DNA from: an uncultured delta proteobacterium
GTDB taxonomy: Bacteria; Myxococcota_A; Polyangia; Polyangiales; Polyangiaceae
Length of the DNA stretch: 64,000 bases
Assembly (NCBI GenBank): GCA_963841435.1
Contig: CAWJCS010000005.1
Span: 1,510,708-1,574,707, forward strand
Direction: 5' to 3'
A program made the translations under genes and the position numbers. The notes beneath the pieces are model-generated. The model did no database searches and was not told the origin of the DNA. It worked only from the letters and a program-made list of their open reading frames with translations. Shown here one piece after another: positions 33,845-44,137 of the stretch. The first letter of the stretch is position 1; every line of letters starts with the position of its first letter.

Positions 33845-36800
33845 GTGAAGCTCCGTCTCGCCGCGCTCTGCCTCGGGCTCCTCGCCGTCTCCGAGACCTC
33901 CCGAGCCGCTCCGGCACCGTTTCACCCCGACCTCGTGACGCGCGTCGCCGAGCTCGGTGCGGCCCGCGGACCCGAGGCGTACGCGGCCGTTCGCCGCATC
34001 TGGTCGAGCTGGGACCGCGCGTCGCCGGAGCACGTCGAGGAAGCACTGCTCGCGGCGACGCGAGACGAAAAGCTCACGCCGCCCGTCCGCGCGTACGCAT
34101 CCGTGCTCGCCGCGCTTTCGCGCATGCGCCGAGGAGACCTCGAGGGCGGCGCGCGCAGTGTCCGCGCGCTCGGCTACGTCGATCGCTGGCTCGTCATCGG
34201 GCCGTTCGACAACGAAGGCAAGGCGGGCCTCGACACGGCGTACGGCCCCGAGCTCACGCTCGACCAGCCGATCGTGCCGGGCCGCGCCGAATCGGGCAAG
34301 GAACGCCCCGTGCGCTGGCGCGGCGTGCCGCACGAATTCTCGCACGGCTTCGTCCACTTCGGCTCGCTCATGCGGCCGGAGAAGAAGATTTGCGCCTACG
34401 CGACGACCTTCGTGCGCGCGCTGCCGGGGACGAAAGCGCCCCGCAGCGTGAGCGCCTGGGTCGGCGCCGCCGGCGCGTTCAAGGCGTTCTGGAACGGCAG
34501 CGAGGTCCTCGATTCGAAGACCTACGCCAGCCATGATTTCGATCGCTACGGCGTTCGCCTCGAGCTCGACGACGGAACGAACGCCCTCACGGTGAAGGTG
34601 TGCGGCGAGGACAACGCGCCCGTACTTTCGGTCCGCTTCGGCGACGCCGTGGGCGCGCCCGAGCACGGCCTCGAGTTCGGCAACGACCCCGCAGCGAGCG
34701 CCGACGCATCCGCGCTCGTCCACCGGCTGGGGCAGAAGGGACACGAGCCGCCCCGCGGTCGCCCGCTACTCGGCCCGATGCAGGCTTTCGAAGCCGAGAT
34801 GAGCGCGAAGACCGTGAGCGCCCGCGCGCTCGAAGGGTACGCCCGCTACCTCTACGAAACGGACGGCGACGATCCCGCCGTCCACCTCGCTCGGGACCTG
34901 TCCCTGCGCGCCGCCGAAAAGGAGCCGAGCGTCCGGCGCTACCTGCTCGCCGCGTCGCTCGCCGAGGATCACAACCACAAGAAGGACCTCATCGACGAGG
35001 CGGAGGCGCTCGTTCCCGCCGGCACCACGGACCCCGACGTGCTGCTCGCTCGAGCGCTCGAGCGGCGCGAGAGTCCGAGCTTTCAGGAAGCCTTCCCCTA
35101 TTTCGATCGGCTGCTCGCCATCGATCCCGACAACGTCGCCGCGATCCAGGGCCGCGTCGAGCTTTACAACATGGCGGGTCTGCCGCGTACCGCGCTCGCA
35201 ACGCTGAGCGCGGCGCTCGAGCGCAATCCGAACGCCGTGAACCTCCTGAACCTCTACGCGTCGGAGCTCCGGCTGCTCGGGCGCGACACCGAAGCCACCG
35301 AGGTCGAGGCCCGTTACAGCGGGCTGCGTTTCGACGACGGCACCTTCCTCGGCCGTATGCTGGGGCTCGCCGTGGCCCGCCGGGAGCGACCGGCGGCGGA
35401 GCATTGGGCCGAGCGCCTCGTGGGCTCGCACCCCGGCGATCTCTGGGCGCTCAACGCATCGGCACGCGCCTACCGCGCCCTCGGCCAGACCGAGCGCGCC
35501 ATCGCCACGTACCAGCGCTCGCTGGAGCTCGCCCCCGAGGACACCGGCACGCTGCGCACGCTCGCAAACCTCTACGGCGAGCTCGGCCGCACCGACGCGG
35601 AGCTCGCGCTCCTGCGCGAGATTTTGCGCCTTCGCCCCCAGGATAAGGCCGTGCGCGAGTACGTCGAGCACGTCGAGCCGAAGCGGCCGCGCCCCGACGA
35701 AGCGTACGCGTGGGGCCCCGAGCGCTTCCTGCCGCTCCGGCACGCCCCGGCGCGCGGCGAGAACCGGCGCACGCTGCGCGACCTCACGGTTTCGACGGTG
35801 TTCGACAACGGGCTTTCCAGCAAGTACCGCCAGATCGTCTTCCAGCCGCTCACGGACTCGGCGGCCGCGGCCGCGCGCCAGCACGCGTTCGTGTACGAGG
35901 CCGATCAGCAGGTGGTCGAGCTGCAGGGGCGCCAAGGTCTACCGCGCCAGCGGGCGCATCGACGAGGCGATCGAATCCGGCGAGGGTCCAGCCGACGATC
36001 CAACGGTGTCGATGTACACGTCGAGCCGCGCCTTCTACGTGCAGTTCCCGCGCCTCGAAGCGGGCGACGTCGTGGAGCTCCGCTACCGCATCGACGACGT
36101 GACGCCCCGCAACGAGTTCAACGACTATTTCGGCGAAATCACCACACTGCAGAGCGACGAGCCGACCGAGAACGCCGAATACGTCGTCATCGCACCGAAG
36201 AGCCGCCCGCTCTATTTCGACGCCCAGGTCCCAGGGCTCACGCAGTCGTCCGTCGAGCGCGGCGACCAGCGCTTTCTGCGCTTCTTTTCGCCGTCCGTGC
36301 CGGCCCTCGATGCCGAGCCCGCGATGCCGCCCGCGCAGGAGCTGCTCGGTTTCGTGCACGTCTCCACCTACAAGACCTGGGACGACCTCGGCCGCTGGTA
36401 CTACGGCCTCATCAAGGACCAGTTCGACCTCGACGACGAGACGCGCAAGCTCGCGAAGAACATCGCGGGTAGCGCGAAGACCGAGCGCGAGAAGGTGGAG
36501 GCCGTCTACGACTGGGTCACGAAGAACACGCGCTACGTGGCGCTCGAGTTCGGCATCTACGGCTACAAGCCGCGGCGCTGCGTCCAGACGGTCACGCGCG
36601 GCTGGGGCGACTGCAAGGACAAGGCGACCGTGCTCGTGACGCTGCTCAAGGAGCTCGGCATCCCGGCGACGCTCGTCGTCGTACGCACCCAGTTCAAGGG
36701 CGCCCTTCGCTCGAAGATCCCGAGCTTCGCCCCGTTCGACCACGCCATCGCCTACGTCCCTTCGCTCGATCTCTATCTCGACGGCACCGCGGAGCACACG

Positions 36801-37539
36801 GGCATCGACGAGCTGCCGCGCGCCGACATCGGAGCGCTCGGACTGCGCGTCAACGAGGGCAAGGCCCAGCTCGTGACCCTGCCGATTCCGGGGCCGGAAA
36901 AGAACTACGTCGAGCGCGAGGTCCACGCACGCGTGCAGAAGAACGGCGACTCGAAGCTTTCGCTCGACTACAACGCGCGGGGCTACTCGGCCGCGCAGTG
37001 GCGCCGCGAATACCACGCCGAGGCGGTGCTGCGGGAGCGGCTCAGCCACGACCTCGGCGGTGAGCTCCCCGGCTTCGTGATCGCCCCAGGCGCGCAGGGC
37101 ATCCAGACGAGCGACCTCGACGACGCCCGCACGCCCGTCCAGATCCACGTCGAGGGTAGCGCCTCGAGCTTCGCCCGTCGCGAGGGCGATCGGCTCTCGA
37201 TGGCGGTCACCAATCCGTTCCGCATGGTCGAAAACTTCGCCTCACTCTCGCAACGCAAGCAGGACGTTCTGGACGCTGGGCTTCACCGAGCTCCGCGATA
37301 CCTTCATGATCGAGCTGCCGACGGGCGCTCGCGTGGTCTCTGCGCCCGTGAGCGCCGAGGGTAAGAGCCGCTTCGGCTGGTTTTCGATCGTCGTTGACCG
37401 ACAAGGGGACCGCATGACGGTCAAGAGCCGCTACGGGCTCGGAGTGCCGCGCGTGGCCCCCAAGGACTACCCGGCGTTCCGTCGCTTCTGCGAGGACGTG
37501 GATCGCGCCATGAGCCCGCGGCTGGTGATCGAGCCATGA
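33845..37539 (+). CDS. giant secreted TPR / DUF3857-like / transglutaminase-like (Cys-His-Asp intact) / DUF3858-like protein, interrupted by two apparent +1 frameshifts
   Basis: Three collinear ORF segments make up the gene. Segment 33752..36472 is sensible up to ...EADQQVVELQG and has a GTG at 33845 giving the signal VKLRLAALCLGLLAVSETSRA. Segment 36006..37364 is sensible up to ...SLSQRKQDV and contains RGWGDCKDKATVLVTLLKELGIPA...FDHAIAYV...LYLDGT. Segment 37306..37539 reads ...ELRDTFMIELPTGARVV.... The architecture parallels the downstream 1261-aa paralog. Confidence 0.75.
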
Positions 37540-40500
37540 CGCTGGGCAGGCAGCGCGCCCGCCGCGCGGTCTGGGCGCGCCTGGCGGTTCTCGCCGGCCT
37601 CGCGCTGGCACCGGCGTGCGCGACCGAGAAACCCGCCCACGGACCGCCAGTCGCCGCGCTGCGGGGCGAGGGTTCGGCGTCCAAAGATCCGGAGCTCGTG
37701 GGCCGCTGGCTGCTCGGCGAGCTCGTGTCGCCCGGCGGCGATCCCAAACAGGCCGAGTCGGCACGCCGAAGGCTCGACTCGCTCGGTGGCCACGGCTTGC
37801 TCGCGAGCCTTGCGCGGGGCCTCGACGACGCGGCGCACGGGCGATTGAGCCGCGTCTCGGAGGAATACCTCGAAGCCCTGGTGGCGGCGCGCGACTCCCG
37901 CGACCCGCGGGCACCGATCTTCGCCTGGCTCGCCGCCCACGACGCCGCCGGGTATCGCCACGCCGCTCCCGGATTCTGGGAGAAGAAGAAGGCGACGGTC
38001 GAAGGGCTGCTCCGCGCGCCCGGCAAGATCGGCTGGCGCGCACGGCTCGAGCTGGCGGAGTGGTGGGCGATGGAAACGCGGGCCGCGGCCGTCAACGATG
38101 CGGACGAGCTCGCTGCCCGCCAGCAAGGCTGCGTCACGCCCGTGCGCCTCGCGGGCGCGTTCGGGCGCGACGCCGCGCGCGACGCGCTTCGGTCGTTTCC
38201 GCCCGAGTCGCCAGGCGCCTGGCCTGCGCGCTGGGAGCCGGACCCGGACGTGGGCAACGCGCCCCATGTCCTCGAGTCGAAGACCCAAGGCTGCCGAGTG
38301 ACGGCCGACGAGCCCCCGTCGAGCGGCATCTACTACGCGGAGACGTTCGTCGACGTCGAGGAGCCCGTCGAGCTCTTGGTCGCGGTGCAGGGGGCGCTCG
38401 TCGTGTGGGTTGACGACCGACCGGTCGTCGTGCGCGACGTCCGGCGCTGGGGCTCGTGGCTCGAATTCGGCTCTCGCGTCACGTTCTCGCGCGGCCGCCA
38501 TCGCCTGCTCGCCAAGCTCGGCGCTCCGACGACGTCCGTGCGGCTGATGTTCCCCGACGGGCGACCTTACGGCCGCCCGGGCAGCACCGACGCGACCACG
38601 CCGTACGTGCTCGCGCAGCCGGCGCGCGTCACCTCGGAAAACCCGCTCGATCCATGGGTGCACGGCGGCAAGGTCGTCGACGAAGGCGATGATCTCGTGC
38701 GCTTCTTCGGCGCGCGGGCCGCGCAGATCGACGATCAGTCCGACGTGGCGGCGGTCCTGAGCGGCCCGCTAGTCCGCGAGCCGACGCGCGCCACCGGCCT
38801 CTCGCTCGCGGTCGCCGCGCTCTTCTCGGAATCGGACCCGATCTTCGCCGACAGCCAGCAGCGCGATCTGTCCCGCGAGCTCGGCGAGCGCGCCCAGACA
38901 CGCGACCCGCACCTCTGGCAGCCACGCCTCGCCATCGCGAGCTCGCTCAAGGAACGCAGCGGTCCGATCGAAGCGGCGCGCGCCGTCGCCGAGCTCGTCG
39001 ACGAGTTTCCGGAGGTCCCCGCCGTGCTGAGCGAGCTCGCGCAGCTCTACCGCGAGCTCGGCTGGAGCGCCGAGTACGGGCGCGCGGCGCGCACCATCGC
39101 CAAGCGCTTCTCCGACGATCCGTCGGCGCTGGAGATCGCGGTGGCGGTGTTCGACGAGCAGGGCGAGCCCGAAAAGGCCGAGGCGCTCGCGAAGCGCATC
39201 CAGAAGCTCGATCCGGACAACGAGATCGTGCTGTCACGCGCTCTCGAACGCGACGACTACACGGCGGCGCTCGCGGAGCTCGAGCGGCTCGCCAAGCGGC
39301 GGCCGGACCGCAAGGACATCGCCGAGCGCATCCACGACGTGATGGTGCGATCCGGTAACCAGGCCGAGTCGTGGAAGAAGCTCGAAGCCGCGATCGAAAA
39401 GGACCCGCGCGATGACGACCCGCGGCTCGCACTCGCCGATCTGCGCTACGCCTCCGGTGATCGGCAGGCGCTCGTCGCGGCCGTCGTGGACTCGGTACGC
39501 AGCGGGGCGCCCACGGGCCGCCTCGAGACGGCGCTCGATCTGGTCGAGGGGGCGACCGAGCTCGAGCCGTACCGCATCGACACGGAGGCGGCGATTCGCG
39601 AATTCGAGAGCCAGAAGGAGCCGCTCAGCGGCACCGCGGCGCGCGTGCTCGACTATTCCGCCGTGTGGGTCAAGAGCGACGGCTCGAGCCGCCTTTTGGA
39701 GCACGAGATCGTACGCGTGCAGAGCGCCGAAGCCATCGGCGAAATGGCGGAGCAGCCGCTCAGGGAAGGCGTGTTCCTCAAGCTGCGCGTGCGTAAACAG
39801 GACGGCAGCGTGCTCGAGCCGGAGCTCGTGGCGGGCAAGCCCACGGTCACGATGCCGCACCTCGAAGTGGGCGACTACATCGAGACGGAGCGCATCGAGA
39901 GCTCGCCGGGCGACGGCCGGCACGGGCTACGCTGGGTTGGCCCGCGCTGGTTCTTCCGCGAGGAGAATGTCGCCTACGCGCGCAGCGAGTTCGTCGTCAT
40001 CTCGCCGAAGAATCGCCCGCTGCAGATCGAGACCAAGAACCAGGTGCCACCGCCCCAGACGACCGAGCGCGACGGGCTCGTCGTGCGGCGCTGGCGCGTC
40101 GACCGGAGCGAAGCGGCGCCCGTGGAGCCGTTCGGCGCGCCGATCACCGAGTTTTTGCCCAGCGTGCAGGTGGGCTGGGGCGTCTCGCTCGACGCGACGC
40201 TCCGCTCGCTCGCCGACAGCGCCGACGACCTCACCCCGATCGACCCGCGCGTCCGGCGCGTCGCTGAGCGCATCGTGGAGCCCCTACCGCCGAGCGCGCA
40301 GGCCGACCGGGCGCGGCGCCTCTATCACTGGATCACGGCGAACGTCGAAGAGGGCAACGAGGTCGACGGGCGGCGCGTCGTGATGGGCAAGAACGGCAAT
40401 CTCTGGCGGGGATACCTCGTGCTCTGCCGCGCGCTCGGCATCCCCGCCGATTACGCCGTCGTGCAGAACCGGCTCACGCTCGCTCCCACGGGCCCGTTCT

Positions 40501-41321
40501 CCGCGGCGACCGTGTACACGCAGCCACTGCTCCGCGTGAAGACCGAAAAGGGCGACACCTGGCTCACGCTCGGTAGCAAGCACGCGCCCTTCGGCTACGT
40601 GCCCGCCGACGCACGAGGCATGCCGGCCGTCGTGTTCTCGGGCGGAGAGGTGAAGAAGACTACGACGCCCGCCGCCGGAGCGCTCGATCACGCAGCAACG
40701 GACGGCACGGTCGAGCTCGCCGCCGACGGCTCGGCCACGCTGAAGCTCGTGCAGACGTTCCACGGAAAGTACGCGACGGGCCTGCGCGGCGCGCTCTCCC
40801 AGCTCCCCGAACGTCAGATCCGCGACGCCATCGAGACGCGCCTGCTCGGTGGCCCGCTGCGCGGCGCCGAGCTCCTCGACTATCACATCGACGGCGTCGC
40901 CGATCCCGACGCGCCGATTCGCATCACCACCCACTCGAAGAGCCGCACCTTCGCGCAGGCGGTGGGCGGCGTCTTGATCATCCAGCCGCCGGGTTTCGGT
41001 CCGCGCCTCGGTCAGATGGCGACCCTCGCGACGCGCCAGACTCCGCTCATCGTGGTCGACTCGATCTCGCAGAGCGTCAAGCTCACGCTCCAGCTGCCGA
41101 AGGGCGCCGCGCTCGAGACCGCGCCCAAGCAGCGCCACATCACCAACGCCGAACGTCGCGTTGACGTGCTCGACGCCGCCAAGGGCTCGACCCTCGTGCT
41201 CGACCGGCGCGTCTCGCTCCCAGCGGGGCGCGTGCAGCCGGCGGCCTATCCGGCGTTTCTCGAGTTCACGCGCCGCGCCGACGAAGCAACGTCCGGCAGC
41301 TTCCGCGTACGGCTTCGCTGA
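37536..41321 (+). CDS. giant lipoprotein, TPR / DUF3857-like / degenerate transglutaminase-like / DUF3858-like paralog
   Basis: 1261-aa intact ORF whose ATG overlaps the upstream stop (ATGA). The signal is RLAVLAGLALAPACAT. It has TPR-like helical repeats, then ...RRLYHWITANVE...GKNGNLWRGYLVLCRALGIPADYAVVQN..., where the catalytic Cys, His and Asp positions are substituted. Confidence 0.85.
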   Translation: MTLGRQRARRAVWARLAVLAGLALAPACATEKPAHGPPVAALRGEGSASKDPELVGRWLLGELVSPGGDPKQAESARRRLDSLGGHGLLASLARGLDDAAHGRLSRVSEEYLEALVAARDSRDPRAPIFAWLAAHDAAGYRHAAPGFWEKKKATVEGLLRAPGKIGWRARLELAEWWAMETRAAAVNDADELAARQQGCVTPVRLAGAFGRDAARDALRSFPPESPGAWPARWEPDPDVGNAPHVLESKTQGCRVTADEPPSSGIYYAETFVDVEEPVELLVAVQGALVVWVDDRPVVVRDVRRWGSWLEFGSRVTFSRGRHRLLAKLGAPTTSVRLMFPDGRPYGRPGSTDATTPYVLAQPARVTSENPLDPWVHGGKVVDEGDDLVRFFGARAAQIDDQSDVAAVLSGPLVREPTRATGLSLAVAALFSESDPIFADSQQRDLSRELGERAQTRDPHLWQPRLAIASSLKERSGPIEAARAVAELVDEFPEVPAVLSELAQLYRELGWSAEYGRAARTIAKRFSDDPSALEIAVAVFDEQGEPEKAEALAKRIQKLDPDNEIVLSRALERDDYTAALAELERLAKRRPDRKDIAERIHDVMVRSGNQAESWKKLEAAIEKDPRDDDPRLALADLRYASGDRQALVAAVVDSVRSGAPTGRLETALDLVEGATELEPYRIDTEAAIREFESQKEPLSGTAARVLDYSAVWVKSDGSSRLLEHEIVRVQSAEAIGEMAEQPLREGVFLKLRVRKQDGSVLEPELVAGKPTVTMPHLEVGDYIETERIESSPGDGRHGLRWVGPRWFFREENVAYARSEFVVISPKNRPLQIETKNQVPPPQTTERDGLVVRRWRVDRSEAAPVEPFGAPITEFLPSVQVGWGVSLDATLRSLADSADDLTPIDPRVRRVAERIVEPLPPSAQADRARRLYHWITANVEEGNEVDGRRVVMGKNGNLWRGYLVLCRALGIPADYAVVQNRLTLAPTGPFSAATVYTQPLLRVKTEKGDTWLTLGSKHAPFGYVPADARGMPAVVFSGGEVKKTTTPAAGALDHAATDGTVELAADGSATLKLVQTFHGKYATGLRGALSQLPERQIRDAIETRLLGGPLRGAELLDYHIDGVADPDAPIRITTHSKSRTFAQAVGGVLIIQPPGFGPRLGQMATLATRQTPLIVVDSISQSVKLTLQLPKGAALETAPKQRHITNAERRVDVLDAAKGSTLVLDRRVSLPAGRVQPAAYPAFLEFTRRADEATSGSFRVRLR

Positions 41322-41333
41322 CCGAGCGCCGCT

Positions 41334-41996
41334 CTACTTCGAGCTCTTGCGCATCGATTCGTCGGCTTCCTTGATACGCTTCTCGATGCGAGCCTTGACC
41401 TCCGCCGCATCGGCCGAGATCTTCTTCCAGTCCTCCGCGCGCTTGATGCGATCCGCCGCGGTCGCGGGATAGCCGCGGGCCTCCGGCTGAGACTGGACGT
41501 GCTGCTGGTACTCCTTCCAGCGAGCGACGCTCTCGTCGTAGGTCTTCGCGCGCTCCTTGAGGTCGGCCAGCACGAACAAGATCTTGCTGCGGAAGGCTTG
41601 ATCGTTACCAACGAAACGCAGCGCGGCCTGCCAGGACTGCTCGGCCTCGTCGAGATCACCCTTGGCGAGCTGCGCCGAGCCGAGCCGATAGTGGCCAAGG
41701 GCCGCATCGGGGTGCTTCTCGACCTCTTTCCGGTACGCCGCGATGGCGCCGTCGAAGTCGCGCGCGAGGTACGCGCTGTCGCCCTTTTGCACGGCCTCCG
41801 AGTAGGGGCTCGGACCGGCGGGTGCAGCGGGCGCCTTCGTGGTGGCGGGCGCGGCGCTGGCGGGCGCGGCGCTGGCGGGCGCGGCGGCGGCCGGCGCGGC
41901 AGGGGGCGGCGTGGCGGGCGCCTGCGCTAGCGCCGATGCGCTCACGAGAACACCGAGCGCGACGACCACAGGCGAAAACGACTGCGAGCGCTTCAT
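41334..41996 (-). CDS. secreted TPR-repeat protein with Ala/Pro-rich linker
   Basis: Met 72 of ORF 41334..42209. MKRSQSFSPVVVALGVLVSASALAQA is a signal peptide, followed by an (AAPAS)n linker and TPR-like YLARDFDGAIAAYRKEVEKHPDAALGHYRLGSAQLAKGDLDEAEQSWQAAL. Confidence 0.75.
   Translation of the reverse strand: MKRSQSFSPVVVALGVLVSASALAQAPATPPPAAPAAAAPASAAPASAAPATTKAPAAPAGPSPYSEAVQKGDSAYLARDFDGAIAAYRKEVEKHPDAALGHYRLGSAQLAKGDLDEAEQSWQAALRFVGNDQAFRSKILFVLADLKERAKTYDESVARWKEYQQHVQSQPEARGYPATAADRIKRAEDWKKISADAAEVKARIEKRIKEADESMRKSSK
41845..41889. repeat. three tandem copies of a 15-nt unit (gcgggcgcggcgctg; third copy 13/15)
   Basis: Read directly. It encodes the AAPAS-AAPAS-AAPA stretch of the minus-strand TPR protein. 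Confidence 0.7.
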
Positions 41997-42057
41997 GAAA
42001 GCGACGCTAGCACGGCTCGCCAGGGCACCGAAGCCCAGCGTGGTATGCCTCGAATCC

Positions 42058-44091
42058 ATGCTGCGCGCGAGCCTTGGAAACGCCCGGCGCAAGCTCGCGG
42101 CGTTCTTGGTCGCCGTGGGCGTCGCGTCCTGCGGGGCTCGACCCTCCACTCCCGTCAGCGCTCCAGAGGACGCGCTCCCGAGCGAGCCCGCGGCCGTCGC
42201 CCCGATCATCGTGGCGCGGGGCGACGCCGAACAGGGCGTCGATCACGGCACGGCCAAGGTCCCAGTGACGGCAGCCGACCCCCAGCTCGGCGACGCCCTC
42301 GCGCCCGTGACGATCGTCGAGTTCGGCGACTTCGAATGTCCCTTCACGGCTCGCGTCGCGCCGACCTTGCGCGCGATACGAGAGCTCTACGGCCCGAGCC
42401 AGGTGCGGATCGTCTGGAAGCACGAGCCGCTCGACTTTCACTTGCACGCGCGTGCGGCGCACGAAGCCGCCGCGGCGGTCTTCACGCTGGGAGGCAACGC
42501 GGCGTTCTGGAGCTTTGCCGAGCGCCTTCTCGCCCACCAAGACCAGCTGGATGCGGCGCATTTCGCCGTTTGGGCTGCACAAGCCGGGGTGGATCCCACG
42601 CGTTTTGCGCAAGCGCTGGGGTCAGGTGCGGGACGGGCCGACGTGGACGACGACCTCGCGCTCGCGGGGCAGCTCGGCCCGCGTGGGACGCCGGCATTCC
42701 GCATCAACGGCGCCGTGCTGACCGGCGCCCAGCCGCTCGAAGCGTTCCGCGCCATCATCGACGAGCAGATCGCGGCTGCGCGGGAGCTCTCCGAAGCAGG
42801 CACGCCGCCGGAGGCCATCTACCCGACCCTTACGAACCGCGCCGTCGCCGTCGAGCCGGAAGCCGCCACGGCCCGCGCCGAGCCCGACGTGGACGAGACC
42901 GTCTGGAAGATCCCCGTGACGGCCCAGGATCCCGCGCGGGGGCCAGCCGATGCGCTCGTGACGATCGTCGAGTGGAGCGACTTCGAGTGTCCGTTCTGCA
43001 AGCGTGTTCAAGACACGCTCGAGCGCGTCCGGAGCACGTATCCGGACGACGTGCGACTCGTCTGGAAGGACAATCCACTCCCGTTCCATCGACATGCCAA
43101 GCCGAGCGCCGTGCTCGGCCGCGTCGTCTTTCACGCCAAGGGCAACGACGCCTTCTGGCAGGTCCACGACGCGCTGTTCCTGAGCCAGCCGGCGCTGGAA
43201 GACGGCGACCTCGGGGACATCGCGCGCGCCGCCGGTGTCGCCTGGCCCCGCGTGAAGCGCGCCATCACACGGAGCGCGGAGCTCACCGAGGTCGAACACA
43301 GCATCGAGCTTGCCTCTGCGTTCGAGGCGCGCGGCACGCCGCATTTCTTCGTGAACGGACGGCGGCTCGCCGGAGCGCAGCCCTTCGAGGCTTTTCAGGA
43401 GATGATCGACAGCGAGCTCGGCAAAGCCCGAGCGCTCGTCGAACGCGGGACGCCGCGCGCCCGCGTCTACGCGACGATCCTCGAAACCGCGAAGGACCCG
43501 CCGGCTCCGGAGCGGAAGGAGCTGCCCCCGCTCGACCCGAGCGCGCCTTCGCGCGGCAAGCGGAGCGCCCCCGTGGTGATCGAGGAGTGGGCCGATTTCC
43601 AGTGCCCCTTCTGCTCGCGCGTCGAGCCGACGCTCGAGGCCATCCGTCGCGAGTTCGGGGGTCAGGTGCGGCTCGTCTGGCACCATCTGCCGCTTCCCTT
43701 CCATCAGGACGCAGCGCTCGCGGCCGAAGCCGCCGAGGAAGTCCGTGCTCAGAAGGGCGACGGCGCCTTCTGGCGCTATCACGATCTCTTGCTCGAAGCG
43801 CAGAAGGAGCCCGAGGGGCTCGCCCGCGAGCAGCTGGAGGTGCTCGCTCTGAAGGTCGGCGTGAGCGTCGAACGCTTCCGTGAGGCGCTCGACGACCACC
43901 GGCACCGTGACCGCGTCGACGCCGACGCCGAGGTCGGAAAGACCGTGGGCATCAACGGAACACCGGCTTTCGTCATCAACGGCTACTATTTGAGTGGCGC
44001 GCAGCCCGAAAGCCGCTTTCGAGCGCTCGTGAAGCGAGCCCTCGCCGATCGAAAGCGACCGCATCAAGGCCCGCCAACCGGCGCGCCCTAG
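42058..44091 (+). CDS. lipoprotein with three tandem DsbA-like thioredoxin-fold domains
   Basis: Met 74 of ORF 41839..44091 (MLRASLGNARRKLAAFLVAVGVASCG). Three collinear modules each read V.I.E..DF.CPF., with active-site tetrads CPFT (42337-42348), CPFC (42988-42999) and CPFC (43603-43614). Each is followed by ...G.PAF.ING / GTPHFFVNG ...GAQP.E.F. Confidence 0.85.
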   Translation: MLRASLGNARRKLAAFLVAVGVASCGARPSTPVSAPEDALPSEPAAVAPIIVARGDAEQGVDHGTAKVPVTAADPQLGDALAPVTIVEFGDFECPFTARVAPTLRAIRELYGPSQVRIVWKHEPLDFHLHARAAHEAAAAVFTLGGNAAFWSFAERLLAHQDQLDAAHFAVWAAQAGVDPTRFAQALGSGAGRADVDDDLALAGQLGPRGTPAFRINGAVLTGAQPLEAFRAIIDEQIAAARELSEAGTPPEAIYPTLTNRAVAVEPEAATARAEPDVDETVWKIPVTAQDPARGPADALVTIVEWSDFECPFCKRVQDTLERVRSTYPDDVRLVWKDNPLPFHRHAKPSAVLGRVVFHAKGNDAFWQVHDALFLSQPALEDGDLGDIARAAGVAWPRVKRAITRSAELTEVEHSIELASAFEARGTPHFFVNGRRLAGAQPFEAFQEMIDSELGKARALVERGTPRARVYATILETAKDPPAPERKELPPLDPSAPSRGKRSAPVVIEEWADFQCPFCSRVEPTLEAIRREFGGQVRLVWHHLPLPFHQDAALAAEAAEEVRAQKGDGAFWRYHDLLLEAQKEPEGLAREQLEVLALKVGVSVERFREALDDHRHRDRVDADAEVGKTVGINGTPAFVINGYYLSGAQPESRFRALVKRALADRKRPHQGPPTGAP

Positions 44092-44137
44092 GAGCGCATT
44101 TCCGGTACGCCGGAGGAGCGCTAAGGTCGCCCGGAGC

